This document shows positions 1 through 8,396 of a stretch of DNA of 24,000 nucleotides, piece by piece (position 1 is the stretch's first letter; the number at the start of each line of letters is the position of its first letter). The position numbers were made by a program, and so were the translations under genes. The stretch covers positions 990,680-1,014,679 of the forward strand of contig NZ_JARLUO010000005.1 of assembly GCF_037162255.1 (NCBI RefSeq). Direction: 5' to 3'. This stretch comes from Photobacterium sp. Hal280 (GTDB lineage Bacteria > Pseudomonadota > Gammaproteobacteria > Enterobacterales > Vibrionaceae). Below the pieces are notes generated by a model. The model saw nothing but the letters and a program-made list of their open reading frames with translations. It made no database searches and had not been told where the DNA came from.

Positions 1-1
1 T

Positions 2-961
2 GAGCAGGGCGAGCCTTGCTGTGACTGGGTTGGCGAGTCAGGCGCCGGTCACTTTGTAAAAATGGTTCACAACGGGATTGAATACGGTGATATGCAGCTG
101 ATCAGCGAAGCGTATCACTTCATGAAAACCGGTCTGGGCATGACCCACGAAGAAATGGAACAGGCGTTCCGTGACTGGAATGAGACTGAGCTGAACAGCT
201 ACCTGATCGAAATCACTGCCGATATTCTGGCCTACCGTGATGAAGATGGTGAGCCGCTGGTTGAGAAAATCATGGACTCGGCTGGTCAGAAAGGTACGGG
301 TAAATGGACAGGCATCAACGCCCTGGACATGGGTATTCCACTGACACTGATCACTGAATCTGTGTTTGCCCGCTGCCTGTCTTCGCTGAAAGGTCAGCGT
401 GAAGAGGCAGAGAAGCTGTTTGGCAAAACCGTAGAAGCCGTTGAAGGCGACAAAGCCGAGTGGCTGGAAGCGGTACGTCAGGCACTGCTGGCCTCTAAGA
501 TTATCTCTTATGCACAAGGCTTTATGCTGATGCGTCAGGCGTCTGACGACAACGGCTGGAACCTTAATTACGGTAACGTTGCTCTGATGTGGCGCGGCGG
601 CTGTATCATTCGTTCAGCTTTCCTGGGTAATATTCGTGATGCATTTGAAGCGGACCCTTCACTGGCGTTCCTGGGTTCAGACCCTTACTTCAAAGCAATC
701 CTGGAAAACGGCATGAAAGCATGGCGTAAAGTAGCAGCCAAGTCACTGGAAATTGGTCTGCCAATGCCGTGTCTGACCTCTGCACTGACCTTCCTGGATG
801 GCTACACCACTGCGCGTCTGCCGGCAAATATGATTCAGGCGCAGCGTGACTACTTTGGTGCGCACACTTATGAGCGTACTGACAAGCCACGCGGCCAGTA
901 TTTCCACACCAACTGGACGGGTACAGGTGGCGACACGGCCTCCACAACCTACGACGTATAA
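2..961 (+). CDS. gnd: 6-phosphogluconate dehydrogenase (decarboxylating), 3' portion; gene starts upstream of the window
   Basis: The frame is open from nt 2 (EQGEPCCDWVGESGAGHFVKMVHNGIEYGDMQLI...), so track ORF 62..961 is only the part after an internal Met. GHFVKMVHNGIEYGDMQLI, WRGGCIIRS and AQRDYFGAHTYERTDK are near-identical to enterobacterial Gnd as I recall it. Stop TAA 959-961, followed by a terminator. Confidence 0.95.
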   Translation, partial: EQGEPCCDWVGESGAGHFVKMVHNGIEYGDMQLISEAYHFMKTGLGMTHEEMEQAFRDWNETELNSYLIEITADILAYRDEDGEPLVEKIMDSAGQKGTGKWTGINALDMGIPLTLITESVFARCLSSLKGQREEAEKLFGKTVEAVEGDKAEWLEAVRQALLASKIISYAQGFMLMRQASDDNGWNLNYGNVALMWRGGCIIRSAFLGNIRDAFEADPSLAFLGSDPYFKAILENGMKAWRKVAAKSLEIGLPMPCLTSALTFLDGYTTARLPANMIQAQRDYFGAHTYERTDKPRGQYFHTNWTGTGGDTASTTYDV

Positions 962-1000
962 TCGTAGCGCGCTGCAAAGTCGTTCACAGACAGCAATCAG

Positions 1001-1025
1001 AAAGGAGCCTATGGCTCCTTTTTTC
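1001..1025 (+). terminator. Rho-independent terminator of gnd
   Basis: 9-bp stem AAAGGAGCC (1001-1009) / GGCTCCTTT (1013-1021), 3-nt loop, T-run through 1024; 40 nt after the gnd stop. Confidence 0.7.
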
Positions 1026-1176
1026 ATTTCTGCTATCCAGAAATTACGCATGTACTGCCTGTACTTCTGATCGCCATGCAAGTGGACTTCTTGCTGTTTG
1101 CTGATGAGCTCGGTTGGCGCAGATAAAGTGTGGTCAGCCCGAGATGATGGGGGAGTCATACGGGTGATAAAAGGGG

Positions 1177-1201
1177 AAAGGGGCCTTCCTGGCCCCTTTT
1201 T
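1177..1201. terminator. Second hairpin in the gnd-asnB convergent spacer, probably bidirectional (asnB terminator and/or backup for gnd)
   Basis: 9-bp stem AAAGGGGCC (1177-1185) / GGCCCCTTT (1191-1199), loop TTCCT. It is followed by TT-G-TT on the plus strand and by CCCCTTTT on the minus strand. It lies ~70 nt downstream of the asnB stop (1270). Confidence 0.5.
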
Positions 1202-1269
1202 GTTGCCTTTGCGTGCGGAGATAAGGCAGGCAAAGGCGGACGCGCTCTTGGATGGAGTAACGCTCGGTT

Positions 1270-2955
1270 TTAAGCCTTCTGATAGGCTTCGTTGTGGACG
1301 GCAGCCACCGCACGACCGGACGGGTCAGCACTGTTCTTAAAGCTCTCATCCCATTCAATAGCTTTGGCACTGGAGCAGGCGATAGACGGACCACCCGGCA
1401 CACATTTAGCGGCATCTTCCAGCGGGAACAACTCTTCAAAGATTTCACGATAGACGTAAGCTTCTTTGGAGGTTGGTGTGTTGTAAGGGAAGCGGAAACG
1501 GGCAGTTTCCAGCTGCTGATCCGTCACTTTTTCAGCGGCGACTTCTTTCAGCGTGTCGATCCAGTTGTAACCAACACCGTCAGAGAACTGCTCTTTCTGA
1601 CGCCATGCCACAGATTCAGGCAGCATGTCACCAAAGCATTCACGGATAATGTGTTTTTCCATTTTGCCGTTGCCGCACATCTTGTCCTGCGGGTTGATGC
1701 TCATGGCGACTTCCAGGAACTCTTTATCCAGGAATGGCACACGCGCTTCAATCCCCCAGGCTGCCATGGATTTGTTGGCACGTGCACAGTCGAACATATT
1801 CAGAGCCAGCAGTTTACGCACAGTCTCCTCATGGAATTCCTGCGTGTTTGGCGCTTTATGGAAATACAGGTAACCCCCGAAGACTTCATCCGCGCCTTCA
1901 CCAGACAGGACCATTTTGATACCCATGGCACGGATTTTACGTGACATCAGATACATAGGTGTGGAGGCGCGAATCGTTGTGACATCGTAGGTCTCAATGT
2001 GATAAATCACATCACGAATTGCATCCAGGCCTTCCTGAACCGTATAAGTCAGCTCGTGGTGTACCGTGCCGATGTGATCAGCCACTTTTTTCGCGGCTTT
2101 CAGATCCGGGGCGCCTTCCAGGCCAACGGCAAACGAGTGCAGGGTTGGCCACCAGGCATCAGATTTCTCGTCATCTTCAATACGGCGAGAGGCAAACTGC
2201 TTGGTAATTGCTGAAATCACCGAGGAATCCAGGCCGCCAGACAGCAAAACACCGTAAGGAACGTCGGTCATCAGCTGGCGCTTCACTGCGCTTTCCAGCG
2301 CTTTTTTCAGTTTATCTTTGTCTGTTTCTGCATCGCGTACCGCGTCATACTCCATCCAGTCACGTTTGTAATAACGGACAGGAGCCTGAGCCGGTTCGCC
2401 TTTTTTGCTCCACAGGTAATGACCCGGAGGGAATTCGCTGATGGTTTTACACACGGGCACCAAAGCTTTCATTTCTGATGCGACATAGTAGTTGCCGTGT
2501 TCATCATAGCCCTGATACAGCGGGATGATGCCAATGTGATCACGACCAATCAGGTAAGCATCCTGCGCTTCGTCATACAGAATAAAACCGAAGATGCCGT
2601 TCAGGTAGTCGAGTAATTCAGGACCTTTTTCTTTGTAAAGCGCCAGAATAATTTCGCAGTCAGATTCGGTCTGGAACGGATAGTCGGCAGCCAGTTCAGC
2701 ACGTAAGTCTTTGTGGTTATAGATTTCGCCATTGACGGCCAGTACATGGGTTTTGTCTGTGTTGTACAGTGGCTGCTCGCCGCTGTTCAAATCAACAATG
2801 GCCAGACGCTCATGAACAAGAATGGCCTTGTCTGATGAATAGATCCCTGACCAGTCCGGACCACGGTGACGCATTTTCTTTGACATTGCCAATGCGGTTT
2901 CGCGCAGGGCAGATGGGTCACTTTTTATATCTAAAATCCCGAATACTGAGCACAT
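1270..2955 (-). CDS. asnB: Asparagine synthetase B (glutamine-hydrolysing)
   Basis: 561-aa ORF. N-terminus MCSVFGILDIK with the Cys2 nucleophile of class II amidotransferases. PP-loop VLLSGGLDSS. Colinear with E. coli AsnB over the full length (MRHRGPDWSGIY, LAVNGEIYNH). Confidence 0.97.
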   Translation of the reverse strand: MCSVFGILDIKSDPSALRETALAMSKKMRHRGPDWSGIYSSDKAILVHERLAIVDLNSGEQPLYNTDKTHVLAVNGEIYNHKDLRAELAADYPFQTESDCEIILALYKEKGPELLDYLNGIFGFILYDEAQDAYLIGRDHIGIIPLYQGYDEHGNYYVASEMKALVPVCKTISEFPPGHYLWSKKGEPAQAPVRYYKRDWMEYDAVRDAETDKDKLKKALESAVKRQLMTDVPYGVLLSGGLDSSVISAITKQFASRRIEDDEKSDAWWPTLHSFAVGLEGAPDLKAAKKVADHIGTVHHELTYTVQEGLDAIRDVIYHIETYDVTTIRASTPMYLMSRKIRAMGIKMVLSGEGADEVFGGYLYFHKAPNTQEFHEETVRKLLALNMFDCARANKSMAAWGIEARVPFLDKEFLEVAMSINPQDKMCGNGKMEKHIIRECFGDMLPESVAWRQKEQFSDGVGYNWIDTLKEVAAEKVTDQQLETARFRFPYNTPTSKEAYVYREIFEELFPLEDAAKCVPGGPSIACSSAKAIEWDESFKNSADPSGRAVAAVHNEAYQKA

Positions 2956-3229
2956 ACTGACTACTCCAACATAAAGTTAATCTTGGGAAACAAAGCGATT
3001 CAGAAAGGGTTTATTGTTTTATCCCTGCGCTTTTGTTTCGTTCTGATTGTTAAAATTGCGTATTCAACAAACAAAAGCAACCAAAAATCCCATATCAATG
3101 TGAAAAAGTCATCTTTGGTGAATATTTTCTAATAAAATCGATTTTAACCGAATGAAATCTTAAATCAGCAGGTTTTTGGCCCAAATACTGAACGGCAACT
3201 TTCGCTGCCGTGCAGTAACCCGGTGTCAA

Positions 3230-4819
3230 TTAAAAGGATTTGATGTCGGTTGTAACCGACTCGCAGACATGGCGAGCAAAACCGTTGCCAGCTTCACGAT
3301 AGATATTGAAAGCCGCATCGACGCCCAATTCCCTCAAGGTTGCTTCTTCGTCTTCATAGCGGGCGATAGCGGCAATCTTGCCTTTATAGCCCAGTTGCCT
3401 GATTTGCTCGAGCGCGAATGCATTCGCCTGGCTGTGCGGCATGGCCAGTAAGATGAGCCGCGTCTGATGGCGAGAGACCACTCTGGCCCAGAAGTCTGGG
3501 TCGGTGGCATCACCGAGAATAACGTGGCGGCCTTCTTTGGCATGCTCTTCCACGGATTCCTCCCGGTTTTCAATGCCGACGACTTGCGGACCAAAGCGGC
3601 GGATCATTTCTTCATAAGCCCCGGTACCAATACGGCCCATGCCCAGGATAAGAATCTGTTTATTGCCTAAGTCAATCAGCCTGTCATTGCTGTTGAGCTT
3701 GTCCGGCTCAAACTCCTTGAGCCAGCGGGTACTTTCCATATAGATCCGATGACTAAAGCTGTTGAGCGGTGCTGATAACAGAAAAGAGAGCGACACGGCA
3801 ATAGCAATCGCAACAAGAAAATCTCCCGGTAACCAACCCAGACTGTAGGCGAGACCTGCAACAATCAGTCCGAATTCGCTGTAGTTAAAGAGCGTTAAGG
3901 TGCCGAGCAGTGAAGTGCGTACCCGAAAATGGAAGCCGTGGAAAACCAGGTAGTAAAGTAATCCTTTCAGCGGTAACAATGCCAGCAGCAGAACAGCGAG
4001 CCAGAAGCCTGTCCATGTGGCAGGCTCAGCCAGACCAATGTTGAGGAAGAAGAAAACCAGCAGCAGCTCTTTGAGGTTAAACAGTGATTTGGACAGCTCA
4101 GAGGACTTGGGATGAGCCGCCAGCATCATGCCGATGATCAGTGCGCCGAGATCGGCCTTCATCCCCACAAAAGTGAATAAACCGGCCCCGGCGACAAGTG
4201 CCAGGAAAATGCCGTACAGCACCAGCATTTCACCATGACCGGCTTTATCCATAATCTTAAACAAAGAGGGGCGCAGCAGGGGTAATGCGAACAAGGCCAG
4301 TGCGGTGATCTCTGGTAGCTTTCCGGTTGATGCCGTAAGAAATATCACCGCGAAAATATCCTGCATGACGAGAATACCGATGGCGATAGTGCCATAGGTA
4401 GCGTTCAGTTCGCCTTTTTCCTGCAGCGCTTTGATGGCAAATACCGTACTGGAAAAAGAGAGGGCAAAGCCCAGCAAGGCGAGTTGCGCCAGTTCAAGCT
4501 CACTAAAGATCCCTAAGCCGAGCTGCTTTAAACCGAACAGTGCCAGTGTAAAGAGGAGGGTCGTGAGTAGGTTATGTATTGTGGCGCCGGCCCAGACTTC
4601 TTTTTGTAACAGGGTTCTGATATCGAGCTTAAGTCCGATACAAAATAGCAGCAGGGTGACACCCAGATCAGCAAGTGTATCAATAACAGGCGTTGAGGCA
4701 TAACCGAATGAATTCAAAGTAAAACCGGCTAATAAAAACCCAACCAGTGGCGGGAGTTTGGCACGTAATGCCAGATAGCCTGCGAGAAACGCGGCGATAA
4801 TGTAAACCAGATCCATCAT
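3230..4819 (-). CDS. CPA2-family (Kef-type) monovalent cation:proton antiporter with C-terminal RCK/TrkA-N domain
   Basis: 529 aa. About 370 aa of hydrophobic helices with Kef-like motifs (LGVTLLLFCIGLKLD, GILVMQDIFAV), then a Rossmann GxGxxG segment ILILGMGRIGTGAYEEM and ILGDATDPDFW, typical of TrkA-N/RCK. The precise orthologue (kefB/kefC/ybaL-like) is not resolvable by eye. Confidence 0.88.
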   Translation of the reverse strand: MMDLVYIIAAFLAGYLALRAKLPPLVGFLLAGFTLNSFGYASTPVIDTLADLGVTLLLFCIGLKLDIRTLLQKEVWAGATIHNLLTTLLFTLALFGLKQLGLGIFSELELAQLALLGFALSFSSTVFAIKALQEKGELNATYGTIAIGILVMQDIFAVIFLTASTGKLPEITALALFALPLLRPSLFKIMDKAGHGEMLVLYGIFLALVAGAGLFTFVGMKADLGALIIGMMLAAHPKSSELSKSLFNLKELLLVFFFLNIGLAEPATWTGFWLAVLLLALLPLKGLLYYLVFHGFHFRVRTSLLGTLTLFNYSEFGLIVAGLAYSLGWLPGDFLVAIAIAVSLSFLLSAPLNSFSHRIYMESTRWLKEFEPDKLNSNDRLIDLGNKQILILGMGRIGTGAYEEMIRRFGPQVVGIENREESVEEHAKEGRHVILGDATDPDFWARVVSRHQTRLILLAMPHSQANAFALEQIRQLGYKGKIAAIARYEDEEATLRELGVDAAFNIYREAGNGFARHVCESVTTDIKSF

Positions 4820-4944
4820 GACATGTGATTTCCAGACTATTGTTAAGCGTCTTTATTTCAATGAGTTGCATTGATGGGGAATATAGCACAGGGCATGTCT
4901 GTGGCGATACATGCCCTACAAAAAACAGGGTTTTTGAGAGGTCG

Positions 4945-4964
4945 GCCGGGAAGGGCTTCCCGGC
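4945..4964 (-). terminator. GC-rich hairpin 6 nt after the nagC stop (terminator candidate lacking an adjacent U-tract)
   Basis: 8-bp stem GCCGGGAA / TTCCCGGC with a 4-nt loop. On the minus strand a T6 run appears only ~20 nt further on (4926-4921). Confidence 0.35.
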
Positions 4965-4970
4965 GCAGAG

Positions 4971-6185
4971 TTAATCTTCCAGCAGGCGCTGCAGTAGAAC
5001 GCCATTGAGCATGGCTCGCTTGATCATGGAAAACGCACCAATCGTTGGCTGCGTATAGAGTTGAGACTCAACGATAGGCAGTGACTGGTGGAAGGTTGAC
5101 AGCGATTGGGTTTCAACGCATCTGCGAATCGCAGGAAAAACAATGTCCTTGGCTAAGGTGATATTCCCTGCCACAACAATTTTTTGCGGATTGAACAGGT
5201 TAATTGTCATGGCCAGCGCTTTCCCTAACTGGTAGCCCACTTTGACCAGGGCCTGGGTCGCCAGTTCATCACCCTGATTCGCAGCTTCGCAAATGGCAGG
5301 CATAGTGACATCTTCGAGTTTTTGCAGGCTGCTTGGGTAACCTTGCGCCAGGAGTGCTTTCACATGGCGAATAATCGCAGGATCGGCGGCTACGGTTTCC
5401 AGGCAGCCAAAGTTACCGCATTGGCACTTATCACCGAGCGGGTCAATCTGGATATGGCCGATTTCGCCGACGTTGCGGTTATAACCGAGAAATACCTGAC
5501 CATTGACGATTATGCCGGCTCCTGTCCCACGGTGGACACTGACCAGAATCGAATCCCGGCAGTCCTGACTGGCGCCAAAATAATGCTCAGCCAAGGCCAG
5601 TCCACGGATATCGTTACCGACAAAGCAGGAAACGCCATATTTATCAGTAATGATATCTGCCAGCGGCAGAGAGTCGACCGAGATGTTGGGCATGTACTCG
5701 ACAATGCCTTTTTCCGGATCAATCAGGCCTGGAAGGGTAATGCCGAATGCAATCAGCTCTCTCAGAATGGTCTGATTGGCACCGATAAACTGCCTGATAT
5801 GCTCAAGCAAGCCATCAACCAGTTCTTGTTGATTCGAGTAGGGAAAGTGATGGGCTGTGCCAGCCAGGCTTTTACCGCTTAAATCGTACAGGGTCAGTTC
5901 GATATAATCGCGACCCAGACGGACGGCGACAGAGTGAAAGGGAGCTGCTTCTGTTGTCAGCGAGATGGCTCTCCGGCCACCGGTTGAAGCCTGCTGTGCG
6001 ACCTCTTTAATGAGGCCGCGTTCCAGCAATTGGCGGGTTATTTTGGTCACGCTGGCCGGGGCTAATTGACTGACGTCTGCCACTTGTATGCGAGAAATTG
6101 GGCCTTGCAAGTCAATGAGCCGGTAAACTGCTGCACTGTTCAGCTGTTTTACCAGGTCGACATTACCGATTTGTCCGCCATTCAT
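4971..6185 (-). CDS. nagC: N-acetylglucosamine repressor NagC (ROK family)
   Basis: 404 aa. QIGNVDLVKQLNSAAVYRLIDLQGPISRIQVADVSQLAPASVTKITRQLLERGLIKE is almost identical to the E. coli NagC HTH region. ROK zinc motif CQCGNFGCLE. The ATG lies 2 nt after the nagA stop. Confidence 0.96.
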   Translation of the reverse strand: MNGGQIGNVDLVKQLNSAAVYRLIDLQGPISRIQVADVSQLAPASVTKITRQLLERGLIKEVAQQASTGGRRAISLTTEAAPFHSVAVRLGRDYIELTLYDLSGKSLAGTAHHFPYSNQQELVDGLLEHIRQFIGANQTILRELIAFGITLPGLIDPEKGIVEYMPNISVDSLPLADIITDKYGVSCFVGNDIRGLALAEHYFGASQDCRDSILVSVHRGTGAGIIVNGQVFLGYNRNVGEIGHIQIDPLGDKCQCGNFGCLETVAADPAIIRHVKALLAQGYPSSLQKLEDVTMPAICEAANQGDELATQALVKVGYQLGKALAMTINLFNPQKIVVAGNITLAKDIVFPAIRRCVETQSLSTFHQSLPIVESQLYTQPTIGAFSMIKRAMLNGVLLQRLLED

Positions 6186-6187
6186 AG

Positions 6188-7324
6188 TTATGTTTGCTCG
6201 TATTTACCGTTAACCACTGTCGCCCGGACACGGAAATCACGATCAAAAATTGCCAGGTTAGCCACCATGCCTTTTTTGATAGCCCCCAGTGTCTTATCCA
6301 TACCTATGGCACGGGCAGGGTACAGGGTGGCCATGCGAATCGCTTCGTCCAGGGCAATACCTACATGTTCAACACTGTTTTGAACAGCTTCAATCATCGT
6401 CAGGGCTGAACCGCCGAGTGTGCCATTTTCATCCACACACTTGCCATCGCGGTAATATACTTTCTTACCGACAAAAATAAAGTGATCTATGTCTGCTCCT
6501 GCCGGTGCTGTTGCATCCGTAACCAGAATTAATTTTTCCTTTTTAATTCTGTGGGCTATACGAATATTGGCATAGTCAACATGAAAGCCATCAGCGATGA
6601 TGCCTGTGTATACCTCAGGGGTATCATAGATGGCGCCCACCATGCCAGGTTCACGGCCAGCAATGGGGGTCATGGCATTGAACAGGTGAGTGGCAAAGGT
6701 CACGCCGGCCGCAAATCCTTTGCGTGCTTCAGCATAGGTTGCATTGGTGTGTCCTGCGGACACCACAATACCTGCTTGTGCCAGACGCTCAATATGCTCT
6801 GCCGGAGTTTGCTCCGGCGCCAGAGTTACCTTAGTGATGATGTCTGCATTCTCGCAAAGCGTCGTGATCATGGCCTCATCTGAACGGCGGATATGCTCGA
6901 CACTGTGGATGCCTTTTTTCATGACATTCAGGTACGGCCCTTCCAGGTGCAAACCCAGAGACTGGTTTTGGTAGTGCTTTTCGTAATCACGCGCTGCAGC
7001 TATCGCAGCTTTCATATCCTCATCAGAAGAGGTGATGAGCGTGGGCAAAAAACTCGTACAACCTGATTTCAGGTTTGCCAGATGCATGGTCTGTATGGTG
7101 TCAGCAGTGATTTCGTCATTAAACATCACTCCACCACAGCCATTTAACTGAAGGTCGATGAAGCCAGGAGTCAGGTTTGCTCCGTCAAGATCCTGAGTGG
7201 GCATATCAGCAGGTAGCTCTGCCTCAGGACATACAGCGTGAATGTTCACTCTGTCAATAATAACAGCGTGGTTATTCAGCACATCGCTACCTGTAAAAAT
7301 GCGGCAGTTGGTCAGCGCGTACAT
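6188..7324 (-). CDS. nagA: N-acetylglucosamine-6-phosphate deacetylase
   Basis: [12 protein letters not shown]... matches the E. coli NagA N-terminus (MYALTQGRIFTG); QLNGCGG and HLEGPY motifs. The start is moved from track position 7330 (a GTG) to ATG 7324. SD AGGAAG occupies 7335-7330, 5 nt upstream of that ATG, and overlaps the GTG. Confidence 0.95.
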   Translation of the reverse strand: MYALTNCRIFTGSDVLNNHAVIIDRVNIHAVCPEAELPADMPTQDLDGANLTPGFIDLQLNGCGGVMFNDEITADTIQTMHLANLKSGCTSFLPTLITSSDEDMKAAIAAARDYEKHYQNQSLGLHLEGPYLNVMKKGIHSVEHIRRSDEAMITTLCENADIITKVTLAPEQTPAEHIERLAQAGIVVSAGHTNATYAEARKGFAAGVTFATHLFNAMTPIAGREPGMVGAIYDTPEVYTGIIADGFHVDYANIRIAHRIKKEKLILVTDATAPAGADIDHFIFVGKKVYYRDGKCVDENGTLGGSALTMIEAVQNSVEHVGIALDEAIRMATLYPARAIGMDKTLGAIKKGMVANLAIFDRDFRVRATVVNGKYEQT

Positions 7325-7340
7325 GAACACTTCCTATCGG

Positions 7341-8141
7341 TTAAAGGTGTTTGATGTTTTCTGCTTCCAGTTCCTGGAAATAGCGAACGGTTTTCACTTT
7401 CAGTTCCTGTGTGGCAGGGGCATCGCAAACAATCAGTGACTTCGGATGCAATTGCAGCGCAGAGACAGTCCACAGATGGTTGACACAACCCTCTACAGCA
7501 GCTTCCAATGCCTGGGCTTTGTTATGGCCGGTCACCAGAATCATCACTTCTTCTGCGTCCAGCAGCGTACCAACTCCAATCGTCAGCGCGTATTTAGGCA
7601 CTTGTGTGATATCACCATCAAAGAATCGGGAATTGGCGATACGGGTATCTTCGGTCAGGGTTTTGATGCGGGTACGGGAGGCCAGTGATGAAGCCGGTTC
7701 ATTAAATGCAATGTGCCCGTCGTTGCCCACGCCACCCATAAACAGATGGATCTTGCCAAATGATTTAATCTTATCTTCATAACGCTTACATTCTGCCTGG
7801 TGATCGTCCGTGTTACCGTTCAGCAGATTGATATTTTCTTCCTGAATATCAATATGGTTAAAGAAGTTGTTAAACATGAAGCTGCGGTAGGACTCCGGAT
7901 GGTCTGAAGAGAGACCCACGTACTCATCCATGTTGAATGTCACCACATGCTTGAAACTTACTTCGCCTGCATTATAAAGCTCGATCAGACGCTTGTAGGT
8001 GGTCAGAGGGGTACCGCCGGTAGGCAGACCGAGTACGAATGGACGGTCTGCGGTTGGTTTAAATTTGTTAATACGATCAACAATATAGCGTGCTGACCAC
8101 AAACCAACTTCGTTCGCGTTGTTCAGTGGGATAAGTCTCAC
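7341..8141 (-). CDS. nagB: Glucosamine-6-phosphate deaminase
   Basis: 266 aa. [45 protein letters not shown] is near-identical to E. coli NagB. GTG start (8141-8139) with SD GAGGTG (8152-8147) 5 nt upstream. Confidence 0.97.
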   Translation of the reverse strand: MRLIPLNNANEVGLWSARYIVDRINKFKPTADRPFVLGLPTGGTPLTTYKRLIELYNAGEVSFKHVVTFNMDEYVGLSSDHPESYRSFMFNNFFNHIDIQEENINLLNGNTDDHQAECKRYEDKIKSFGKIHLFMGGVGNDGHIAFNEPASSLASRTRIKTLTEDTRIANSRFFDGDITQVPKYALTIGVGTLLDAEEVMILVTGHNKAQALEAAVEGCVNHLWTVSALQLHPKSLIVCDAPATQELKVKTVRYFQELEAENIKHL

Positions 8142-8262
8142 GGTAACACCTCGTTGCTAGAAAAGAATACTTGAGAATTTTAGCGGTATATCGCCTTTCT
8201 TTCGAATAATAAAATAAGTTTTATGACCGGGCTAGCAAAATCGCTCAAACCCGCCAAATGCT

Positions 8263-8278
8263 GGTGATTGGGATCACA
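8263..8278. promoter_or_regulatory. CRP-binding site candidate in the nagE-nagB divergent control region
   Basis: GGTGA-TTGGGA-TCACA versus consensus TGTGA-N6-TCACA (1 mismatch), with AT-rich flanks. Central position between the two divergent genes, as in E. coli nagE-nagB. Confidence 0.6.
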
Positions 8279-8289
8279 AATGATAAGGT

Positions 8290-8313
8290 TTTAATTTGCG
8301 GGGCGAAATTAAA
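8290..8313. promoter_or_regulatory. NagC-type operator candidate overlapping the nagE promoter
   Basis: Perfect 24-bp inverted repeat TTTAATTT-GCGGGGCG-AAATTAAA: A/T arms around a C/G-only centre, the layout of NagC/Mlc operators. It overlaps the candidate promoter TTGCGG (8296-8301) /16 nt/ TACACT (8318-8323). Confidence 0.6.
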
Positions 8314-8396
8314 GGCATACACTGCAACTTACTTAATCGGGTAGCTAAAATAAGTTATCTCAACCGCATCTAAGATAACCATAGGGGGAACTAAGG

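Noticed and set aside
1098-1340. 80-aa plus-strand ORF in the gnd-asnB spacer.
   Set aside because: It runs through two terminator hairpins and into the asnB 3' end on the opposite strand. It has no SD and an Arg/Gly-rich translation typical of noise.
1294-1944. 216-aa plus-strand ORF (and the neighbouring ORFs 1625..1873, 1734..1919, 1999..2214, 2208..2441) antisense to asnB.
   Set aside because: These are shadow ORFs fully inside a strongly supported gene on the other strand, with low-complexity R/H/F-rich translation, no SD and no recognisable motif.
3029-3078. Perfect 10-bp inverted repeat GCTTTTGTTT / AAACAAAAGC separated by 30 nt, 74-123 nt upstream of asnB.
   Set aside because: About one such repeat is expected by chance in 24 kb at this spacing range, more in AT-rich spacers. 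The 30-nt loop has no supporting inner structure, and no known asnB regulator has such a site.
3192-3211. Hairpin ACGGCA-N8-TGCCGT just downstream of the antiporter stop, considered as its terminator.
   Set aside because: It has only a 6-bp stem and an 8-nt loop, and the downstream sequence on the minus strand (TCAGTATTTGGG) is not a U-tract. It is too weak to annotate.
5322-5882. 186-aa plus-strand ORF antisense to nagC. The same class includes 38..517 (antisense to gnd), 6551..6883 (antisense to nagA), 7411..7782 (antisense to nagB) and 15006..15422 (antisense to seqA).
   Set aside because: These are antisense shadow frames of well-supported genes, with no independent start signals or homology.
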